Assembly: GCA_964291625.2 (NCBI GenBank)
Contig: OZ220089.1
Coordinates: 1,248,001-1,312,000, forward strand
From: Candidatus Latescibacterota bacterium
Lineage (GTDB): Bacteria > Latescibacterota > UBA2968 > UBA8231
DNA length: 64,000 nt
Reading direction: 5' to 3'
Part shown: positions 57,034 to 64,000 of the stretch, in pieces
Position numbering within the stretch: the first letter of the stretch is position 1
How the letters are laid out: every line of letters starts with the position of its first letter
Translations under genes and position numbers: made by a program
The notes under the pieces: model-generated
Told to the model about the DNA's origin: nothing
Seen by the model: the letters and a program-made list of their open reading frames with translations, nothing else
Database searches by the model: none

Positions 57034-58422
57034 TCAGGAAGTGTACACGGATGATTCCTGCCGGGATACCCGGCGGTGCCCTCTCGCAGCTCCAGAGAGG
57101 CACCGCACCAGTTCCCGCCCCTCTCTGAACAGATCGTGGAGATGCAGGTACCGGAAGAGGGAGCTCCGCCCCGCCAGGTGCAGGTTCTCGAAGCCGCGGA
57201 AGTAGTCGACGAGCAGCTCCACCCGGCCGGCCAGCTCCGCCTCGAGCACGGGATAGGCGAAGGGCAGCTTGAGCGCGGCGAAGCGCAGGACCTCTCCCTC
57301 CTCGATCGGCTGCACCCTCTGCAGGGCCCGCCAGGCCCGGCGGCGCAGCTCCCCGTCCGGCAGGCTCCACAGCGGGTCCTCCGGGAAGCAGGGCATCTCG
57401 AGGACGATCGCCGTCCGGCCCTCGGGGGCCATGTGCCGGCTGCGGTTCCGGGGCTCGTAGAGGCGGGTGAAGGGGAACTCCTCCCCCGGGAAGTAGAGGG
57501 AGGCGTTCGGCGTGAAGGAGGGCCGGTCCAAGGCGAAGACGCACAGCACCAGGTGCCGGTAGCGCACGGCCTCGGCCGCGGCCAGCACCTCGGGGGGCGG
57601 CGGCGGGTCGAGGATCTTCGCCGAGAGCGTCAGGGGCAGGGTGTTGATCACGGTGGAGACCTCCACCTCCTCGCGGCCGTTGAGGACGACGCGGTGGAGC
57701 CGCCCTCTTGAGTGCGCGAGGCGGGTCACGCGGCTGTCGAGCCAGATCCGCTCCTCGCCGATGGCCTCGCACATCCGGTCGACGACGGCGCCGATCCCGT
57801 GCCGGGGGTAGAGGAAGGACCCGTCCAGGTGCCCCGGAGGGCGGGTCCTGCCGAGGAAGGTCTCGCGCAGGAAGCCGGCCAGGTCCAGCCCCTTCAGCCG
57901 CCCGCCCGACACCTCCGTGGAGAGCCGGAAGGGGTCCGTTCCCCACAGCTTCTTCGAGTAGTTGAGCAGGAAGAGGCCGGCGAGGGTCCGGCCGTAGCGG
58001 TCGAGGGCGAGCTGCCCGAAGCTCTCCGCTGGCCTTCGGGGGCGGGGGGACATGTTTTCCAGGACGATCCTGCAAAGGGTCCCGAGGTCGAGCCCCCGCA
58101 CCAAGCTGCCGGGCTGCAGGGGGAAGTCGAACAGCCGGCCTTCGGAGAAGATCTGGCTCGGCGCCCGGACCTCGAGCAGCTCCCCGTCGAGGAGCGCCCT
58201 GAACTCGGCCGTGACCTCCGGGTCCTTGTCGTGGAGGCGGTGGGCGCCGGTGTCGAAGAGGAACTCGCCCAGGCGCAGGGTGCGGCAGTTGCCGCCCGGC
58301 CGGGACCCGGCCTCGAAGACCTCAAAGTCCAGCCCGCCTCTGGCGGCGTGGTAGGCCGCGGCCAGGCCGGCCGGGCCCCCGCCGAGGATGTGGATCTCCG
58401 CGCCGGGGGACTCAGTACTCAT
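57034..58422 (-). CDS. FAD-dependent oxidoreductase (protoporphyrinogen oxidase / UDP-galactopyranose mutase-like)
   Basis: ILGGGPAGLAAA, PGGNCRT, FDTGAH, FLYPRHG, AYPV, AGRSSLFRY. Confidence 0.88.
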   Translation of the reverse strand: MSTESPGAEIHILGGGPAGLAAAYHAARGGLDFEVFEAGSRPGGNCRTLRLGEFLFDTGAHRLHDKDPEVTAEFRALLDGELLEVRAPSQIFSEGRLFDFPLQPGSLVRGLDLGTLCRIVLENMSPRPRRPAESFGQLALDRYGRTLAGLFLLNYSKKLWGTDPFRLSTEVSGGRLKGLDLAGFLRETFLGRTRPPGHLDGSFLYPRHGIGAVVDRMCEAIGEERIWLDSRVTRLAHSRGRLHRVVLNGREEVEVSTVINTLPLTLSAKILDPPPPPEVLAAAEAVRYRHLVLCVFALDRPSFTPNASLYFPGEEFPFTRLYEPRNRSRHMAPEGRTAIVLEMPCFPEDPLWSLPDGELRRRAWRALQRVQPIEEGEVLRFAALKLPFAYPVLEAELAGRVELLVDYFRGFENLHLAGRSSLFRYLHLHDLFREGRELVRCLSGAARGHRRVSRQESSVYTS

Positions 58423-59800
58423 AGAGCGTGAGCTCCGGCCACAGGCGGTTCACGTAGGGGTTGTGGTAGAAGGTCCTGACCGCCTTGGGCTCCCGGTCCG
58501 GCAGCGGGCTGCCGATGACGACGAGGTCGCCGGCGGCGGCCGGGTCGATGACGCGCAGGTCCTCCGGGCTCTCGACGGGGATATACTCAGCCTCCAGGGC
58601 CTGCGAGGCCAGGTAGTACTCGATGAGCGGCACCGAGGCGATGCGCAGGCCCCCGGTCTCCTGTGCCGCCAGGTGCCGGTGGACCTGGGCGATGGCGGTC
58701 GGGCCCCGGTGCTGGACCATTAGATGCAGGGTCACGGCGCCGTAGCAGCAGAGGAAGACGGCGAGGACCAGTCGCGGCCACCTGGCGCCCTGCCGGAGGA
58801 TCCAATCGCCCGCATAGGCCGGGACGAGCGCCAGGAAGGGCAGCAGGGGCAGCACGTGCCGGCTCTTGTGGAGGACGTTCTGGAAGAGGAAGATCCAGCC
58901 CAGGTAGAGGAGGCACGCGACCAGGGGCGCGCCGAGCAGGACCCGGCTGTCGACGCGCCGGGCGATGCCGCGCCAGCCGGCGCCCAGCAAGGCGAGGAGG
59001 GCCGCGGTGGTGCACGCCGTCAGCAGGTGCCGCCCCGGCCAGTAGAGGCCGAAGCCGTCGGCCCACAGGCTCCGGAAGATCACCGCCCAACGCTGAAGCA
59101 CCCCGGGGTCGGTGGAGAGGGTGCCGCCGAAGTCGGTGAAGTGGCCCCGGGTCTGCGCCAGCGCCGCCTGCACCAGCTCCGGCCAGCCGGTGACGGCGAT
59201 CAGCGGGACCAGCCAGAGGGCCGCGCCCGCCGTGCCGGCGCCGATGAGATGCAGCCGGCGCCCCGGTTCCTTCAGCCGGAGGAGCAGGGGCACCAGCAAC
59301 AGGGGAGCGTACGAGAGCCGCACCCCGAGGGAGAGGCCAGCGATGCAAATCCCCCAGACCGCCTTCCCGCGCTCCGGCCGGGCCAGGCACCACAGGGAGG
59401 CCAGGACGAAGGCGACGCCCATGGCGTCGGGCATCCAGCGGTTGCTCATCAGCCACAGCAGCGGGTTGAAGAGCAGGAGGAAGGCGGCGGTCAGGCCCTG
59501 GGGCGAGGCGACCCGGATGCGGGCCAGCCCCAGGGTGAAGAAGAGGGTGGCGAAGGTTGACAGGCCCCCCAGCACGGCGAAGGCCGGGGCGTAGCGGCCC
59601 GTCAGGGTGTACAACATCTTGGCGGCGAAGCAGAAGACCGGGTAGGCCGGGAAGTGGGGCTGCAGCCGGGGGACGTCGTAGTCGACGACCGCCAGGGCGA
59701 AGCGCAGGCTGTCCAGGTCCTCGACGTAGTGGATGGCGCCGAGCAGCCGCGATGCGATGCACAGGACCAGCAGTGCGCCCCATGCCCTGCCCTCGCTCAC
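58412..59800 (-). CDS. Polytopic membrane protein, GT-C (ArnT/PMT-like) glycosyltransferase-like
   Basis: Many TM helices; EDLDS...PHFPAYPV first loop; RHVLPLLP. Confidence 0.6.
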   Translation of the reverse strand: MSEGRAWGALLVLCIASRLLGAIHYVEDLDSLRFALAVVDYDVPRLQPHFPAYPVFCFAAKMLYTLTGRYAPAFAVLGGLSTFATLFFTLGLARIRVASPQGLTAAFLLLFNPLLWLMSNRWMPDAMGVAFVLASLWCLARPERGKAVWGICIAGLSLGVRLSYAPLLLVPLLLRLKEPGRRLHLIGAGTAGAALWLVPLIAVTGWPELVQAALAQTRGHFTDFGGTLSTDPGVLQRWAVIFRSLWADGFGLYWPGRHLLTACTTAALLALLGAGWRGIARRVDSRVLLGAPLVACLLYLGWIFLFQNVLHKSRHVLPLLPFLALVPAYAGDWILRQGARWPRLVLAVFLCCYGAVTLHLMVQHRGPTAIAQVHRHLAAQETGGLRIASVPLIEYYLASQALEAEYIPVESPEDLRVIDPAAAGDLVVIGSPLPDREPKAVRTFYHNPYVNRLWPELTLYEY

Positions 59801-59836
59801 GGGGGGTGCCCGGCGCCATCCGGCGACGAAGCCGCC

Positions 59837-61138
59837 CTACCAGTTGGCCATGTTGGCGTCGGAGAACCCGTAGGCCGCCCGGAAGACCTCCTTGGCGCGC
59901 CCGTAGTTGCGGACGGTCTCGTCATACCCGGCGGATCCCGGCGCATCGTACGAAGGCGCCTGTCCCATGATCCCGTGCAGCTCCTCGAGCTGGCCCTGGC
60001 TGATCAGGGCGAAGGGATTGTACTGCAGGGCCACGGTGAAGCCCTTCATCTCGGCCCAGTGCTTGTTCAGGTCGACCCTGCTCTCGTCGCCCGTGCCGAG
60101 GGCGGCCATGTCGCTCAGGGTGTCGTTGATGTAGTGGACGACGGTGGCGGCGATGACCTTCTCCATGCCGTTGGCCGCGGCCTGCCGCCGGGCGGCGATC
60201 TCCCCTTCCGATCCCTGGTTGACGATCAGGGTCCGCCCGGCCAGGAAGGCGGCGAAGATGTCGCCGCTGAGGTCGACGCCGGTGCCGCCCTTGTCGCGCT
60301 TCCCCGCGTTCCTCGACAGGCCGAAGTTGTACTCCGACTTGAAGTCGATGCGGCCGTCGCCGTTGGAGTCGAAGGTGTAGTCGCCCACCGAGCCGGCGAG
60401 CGCCGCGTCGGTGTAGCGGGAGTAGTCCCGGGCGGCGCCGAAGTAGCCGAAGGCCTCGTCCCAGCCGTGCTCCATGGAGGTGTAGGCCTTGCCCTCGCCG
60501 TGGGGCTCGCCGTTGCCGCGGTCCAGCAGTCCCGCCAGGTAGACGCCGGTGGCCTGGTAGTAGGGCACGGCGCCGATGAGGACCTTGTTGATCATCTGCG
60601 TCAGGTCGACCCCGTTCTCGTCGGTGTAGACCGCCGGGGTGCCTATCTTGTCGGCGTCCTGCGCGTTGGCGGCGATCACCTCGAACCACCCGCGCACCAT
60701 CTCGTCCGCCGTCTGCCCGTAGCCGATGACCACGTCCCCCGAGATCTTGCCCGACAGGTTCTTCCCCGTGGAGATGGCGGAGTACCGGCTCTCCATGGCG
60801 GGGCGGTCCCCGGTGGTGGTCAGGGACTCCAGGTCGAGGGCGTCGTCGTAGTCGTAGAGATCGAGCATCTCCTGCACCGAGACCGGCCGGGCGCCGTCCT
60901 TGCCCATGCTGTCGATGAGGATCTTCAGGTCCTGCAGCAGCAGGTTGCGCACCGTCTGGCCCGAATAGGCGACGCTGCTCTCGCCCTCGCTGAAGCGGCT
61001 GTCGAAGACGTAGGCCGAGGGGACGTCGATCGCCCCGGGGGTCTCGCCGCCGTTGCCGTCGACGGGGTTCTTGTCGTCGCCGCCGCAGGCGACGAGCAGG
61101 ACGGCGGCGAGGAACGGGATGGGAGTGGGTGCTCTCAT
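59837..61138 (-). CDS. DUF4856-like lipoprotein
   Basis: Lipobox LVAC, SSVAYSGQTVR, DLTQMINK.LIGA, YTSMEHGWDEAFGYFGA, WAEMKGF. Confidence 0.75.
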   Translation of the reverse strand: MRAPTPIPFLAAVLLVACGGDDKNPVDGNGGETPGAIDVPSAYVFDSRFSEGESSVAYSGQTVRNLLLQDLKILIDSMGKDGARPVSVQEMLDLYDYDDALDLESLTTTGDRPAMESRYSAISTGKNLSGKISGDVVIGYGQTADEMVRGWFEVIAANAQDADKIGTPAVYTDENGVDLTQMINKVLIGAVPYYQATGVYLAGLLDRGNGEPHGEGKAYTSMEHGWDEAFGYFGAARDYSRYTDAALAGSVGDYTFDSNGDGRIDFKSEYNFGLSRNAGKRDKGGTGVDLSGDIFAAFLAGRTLIVNQGSEGEIAARRQAAANGMEKVIAATVVHYINDTLSDMAALGTGDESRVDLNKHWAEMKGFTVALQYNPFALISQGQLEELHGIMGQAPSYDAPGSAGYDETVRNYGRAKEVFRAAYGFSDANMANW

Positions 61139-61169
61139 TTCCAGACTCCTTTGTGCGTAGGGTTGTCGA

Positions 61170-63683
61170 TCACAGGCCGCGCCGGAAGCCGGCCGTCACC
61201 TGCCGCCGCGGGCCCACGAGGATGCCCGAGCTGAGGTGGGCCTGGGGCTGGCCGGCGTTGGAGTGCAGCCTCGATCCGATGTAGACCTCGTCGAGCAGGT
61301 TCTTGGCGGTGACGAAGGCGCTCCACCGCGAGGCGAAGGCGTAGTCGGCGCTGGCGTTGACGATGGAGTAGGCGGGGATCGGGCCGGTGTCGCCGCGGTT
61401 GAAGGTGCCCTCGATGTTCTCGAAGTCGGTGAAGACCTCGCCGACGAAGCGCACGTCGGTCCGCAAGCGCAGGCCCCGCGTCTCCTTCACCAGGCTGACG
61501 GTGAGGGTGTGGGGCGGCGCGTAGGGCAGCTCGTTGCCGGCGATGTCCACCTCCACGTCGCCGGCCCGGGTGGCCGAGGTCACGAGGCCGCTGGCGATCC
61601 GGGTCCGCAGCCAGGTATGGGCGAGGTGGAGGTCGGGCAGGACCGGGCCCAGGCGGGAAGTGGACAGGGCCAGGGCGGTCTCGAGGCCGTAGGTCTCCAC
61701 CTCGCCCAGGTTCCGGAAGGCGGTGCCCCGGCCGGCGGCCACGAGGTCCTCGATCCGCAGCAGGAAGGCGCAGGCCTCCAGGGACAGGGCCGGCCCCCGG
61801 GAGCGCACGCCGGCCTCCAGGTTCCAGCTCTTCTCCGGTGCCAGGTCGAGCCCGCCGGCGCCGGCGTCCTGCCCGAAGTTGGTGATCTTCAGGGCCCCGC
61901 TCGACGGCGGGGTGTAGCCGCGGTGGACGCCGGCGAAGAGGTTGACGCGTCCGCGCTGGTAGTTGACGCCGAGGCCGGGCAGCAGCACCCACGACAGCTT
62001 GTCGGCGAGGATGGCGCCGCGTAGCCGGTCGACCCGCTCCTGCTCGAAGATCTCGAAGCGCGCTCCCGGGGAGAGGGTCCACCGCCCCCACTCGACCCGC
62101 TCCTTGGCGTAGAGGGCGAGGGCGGCGGTCTCGTAGTGGTGGCTCTGGCCGACGATCTTCACGGGGTCGCCGGGATCGCCCGGGGTGCCGCTGTAGTAGA
62201 CGCCCTCCCGGGCGTCGGGGGCGTCGCCGATCTTGCGGTCGTCGACGAAGCGCTCCCAGTGGGCGCGGGCCCCGGCCTCGGCCCGGGCCGCGTGACCGGC
62301 CACGGTGTGCCGGAGGGTGTAGTCCTGGGCGGCGCCGCCGACGAAGAAGGTCCGCAGGATGCCGAAGTTGCCGGCGCCGCCGCCGAGCCGCACAAGGTCC
62401 CCGCCCTGGTAGTACGGCACCGGCGTGAGATCGCCCGTCTCCAGGGCCGAAGCGCGCACGAAGATGTCGTCCTCGCGCCACCAGCGGCGGTCGAAGACGT
62501 TCAGGTAGAGGGTGGTGTTGGCCGCCAGATCCGGGGTGATCCGGCTGGCGTACATCAGGTCGAGGGAGGCCCGCCGGACGTCGAAGAGGTCGTGCTCCTT
62601 GGGATTGAAGGCGGGGTCGTTGCGGAAGGAGTACTCCGTCAGGCCCGTGTAGGTGGCGCTGGATCTCTCGAGGTTCCCGTTGAGCTTCAGGTAGAGCACC
62701 TTGCGGCCGCTCAGGCGGACCTGGGTCTTCACCGTGCCGTTGAGCTGGTCGAAGGTGTTGTTGTCGCGGAAGCCGTCTCCGTGCTTGTAGAGGAGCTGCG
62801 CGTCGGAGGCGATCCTCCCGCCGCCGACGCCGCGCCACTCGGAGTAGAGGCTGTAGTAGCCGTTGCCGCCGGCGGCGAGCTGGTTGACCATCCCCCGGGT
62901 GCCGTCGGGCCTCCGGGTGGTGTAGTTGATGACCCCGCCCATGGTCTGGGGGCCGAAACGGACGGCCGAGCTGCCCTTGACCACCTCCATGGCGTCGATG
63001 CGCTCCGAGGGCGGGTTGTAGTAGGCGTTGGGGTAGACGTAGACCGCCGGCTGGATCGGCACGCCGTCCTCGAGGATCAGCACCCGCGAGCTGCGGCGGG
63101 GGTTGAGGCCGCGGATGCCGATGCTCAGCCGCGAGTTGCCGAAGCCGTCGTCGGCGTAGCCGTTGATGCCGGGCAGCAGCTCGAGCAGTTCCTGGGTGCC
63201 CACCGGCCGGATCAGCTCCACCGTCTTCGGTCTGAGCTTCGAGACCGTGCCCGTGCGCTTCCGGTTCACCAGGGGCGACTCGCCGATGATCTCCACCGGG
63301 GCCAGCTGGATCGGATCGCTCCGCAGGGCGATCTCCAGATCGAGGGCCGCTCCGGGCGCCAGGCTGATCTCCTCGACGTGGGAGGAGTAGCCGATGAGGC
63401 TCACGGTGAGGCGCAGGCCGCCGGGGGAGAGTTCGTCGAGGCAGAAGGCGCCGGTCCGGCCGGTGACGGCCCTGCGGATCCTCGCGCCCTCCCGCTCGAT
63501 GCCTACCAGACCCCCCGGGACCGGTTGCCCGGTCTCCCTGTCCGTCACCGCTCCGCAGATCTGCCCCGTCTCCGCGTCGATCACTCGCCCCACGATCTCC
63601 GCCGGCGCACCGGGGGCCGGCTCTGCGGCGGGGACGCCCGCCAGCAGGCCCGCCATGACCATCCACCTCGGAATCCCGCGCAT
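61170..63683 (-). CDS. TonB-dependent receptor (FecA-like)
   Basis: IGIRGLNPRRSSRVLILEDGVP, EVVKGSSAVRFGPQTMGGVINY, GNELPYAP, KNLLDE.Y. Confidence 0.92.
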   Translation of the reverse strand: MRGIPRWMVMAGLLAGVPAAEPAPGAPAEIVGRVIDAETGQICGAVTDRETGQPVPGGLVGIEREGARIRRAVTGRTGAFCLDELSPGGLRLTVSLIGYSSHVEEISLAPGAALDLEIALRSDPIQLAPVEIIGESPLVNRKRTGTVSKLRPKTVELIRPVGTQELLELLPGINGYADDGFGNSRLSIGIRGLNPRRSSRVLILEDGVPIQPAVYVYPNAYYNPPSERIDAMEVVKGSSAVRFGPQTMGGVINYTTRRPDGTRGMVNQLAAGGNGYYSLYSEWRGVGGGRIASDAQLLYKHGDGFRDNNTFDQLNGTVKTQVRLSGRKVLYLKLNGNLERSSATYTGLTEYSFRNDPAFNPKEHDLFDVRRASLDLMYASRITPDLAANTTLYLNVFDRRWWREDDIFVRASALETGDLTPVPYYQGGDLVRLGGGAGNFGILRTFFVGGAAQDYTLRHTVAGHAARAEAGARAHWERFVDDRKIGDAPDAREGVYYSGTPGDPGDPVKIVGQSHHYETAALALYAKERVEWGRWTLSPGARFEIFEQERVDRLRGAILADKLSWVLLPGLGVNYQRGRVNLFAGVHRGYTPPSSGALKITNFGQDAGAGGLDLAPEKSWNLEAGVRSRGPALSLEACAFLLRIEDLVAAGRGTAFRNLGEVETYGLETALALSTSRLGPVLPDLHLAHTWLRTRIASGLVTSATRAGDVEVDIAGNELPYAPPHTLTVSLVKETRGLRLRTDVRFVGEVFTDFENIEGTFNRGDTGPIPAYSIVNASADYAFASRWSAFVTAKNLLDEVYIGSRLHSNAGQPQAHLSSGILVGPRRQVTAGFRRGL

Positions 63684-63892
63684 CAGAACACCGTCGGATT
63701 GGGCGCCCGGGCGCCCGGATCTTCGGCTTCGCCGGTGGTGAGGACGCTGCGGCCGTAGCTGCCCTCCTCCTCCTCGTCGGGTTGCGGCGACAGCACGGGG
63801 TCGCTCTCGCAGCCGGCCAACACGATCCAGCACAGGGCGCTGACGGCGCACAGCCATACCGCCAGGCCGGCGGGGAAGACGGATCTCCTCAT
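63683..63892 (-). CDS. Small lipoprotein
   Basis: Lipobox LAGC; TGATG overlap with the receptor; ends NPTVF. Confidence 0.6.
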   Translation of the reverse strand: MRRSVFPAGLAVWLCAVSALCWIVLAGCESDPVLSPQPDEEEEGSYGRSVLTTGEAEDPGARAPNPTVF

Positions 63893-63902
63893 CCTGCCAT
63901 CC

Positions 63903-64000
63903 TCAGTTGAGGTCGTGCATCTGCTGGGGCTTGACCCGCGGGCCCGAGAACACCTCCAGGCGGGCGCCGCGAGGCGGGCACACCCCCTCGGGAGACGGTC
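63903..64000 (-). CDS. C-terminus of an upstream gene (partial)
   Basis: Open frame ...LEVFSGPRVKPQQMHDLN-TGA directly before the lipoprotein RBS. Confidence 0.35.
   Translation of the reverse strand, partial: PSPEGVCPPRGARLEVFSGPRVKPQQMHDLN

Larger units (their letters stand above)
55440..57686 (+). repeat. Copy 2 of the ~2.2 kb direct repeat
   Basis: Matches 33503-35658. Confidence 0.92.

Overview
High-GC bacterial DNA. The gene repertoire includes four PhyH dioxygenases, a sulfatase, a sialidase, FG-GAP, cadherin and FN3 proteins with FlgD/T9SS-like tails, and SWGxxK C-terminal motifs. This suggests a Ca. Latescibacterota/Gemmatimonadota-like, possibly sponge-associated organism (inference). 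Bases 1-33 kb are mostly catabolic enzymes, plus a type II R-M pair, a vapBC TA module with a clear promoter and operator, and a non-canonical voltage-gated K+-channel homologue. Bases 33.5-57.7 kb form an accessory island enclosed by a ~2.2 kb diverged direct repeat whose two copies carry complementary lesions, consistent with Campbell-type integration of a circle. The island holds the most notable system: a tandemly triplicated, translationally coupled three-gene unit of (A) dockerin-like/leishmanolysin-like lipoprotein peptidase, (B) secreted LPLNVGNxW...SWGxxK protein and (C) giant M6-like metalloprotease-adhesin. A group II intron remnant and an IS66 collapsed this array, so only one 2.4 kaa protease survives while all three variable partner genes remain. 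A fused cytoplasmic GAF-PAS-HK-REC-wHTH regulator sits divergently upstream. IS481, IS1182-like and IS21 remnants and two TAA-targeting MITEs are also present. The right end carries a TonB receptor/DUF4856 uptake operon. Several 1-bp frameshifts fall in homopolymers and may be sequencing errors. No rRNA, tRNA or CRISPR array was seen.
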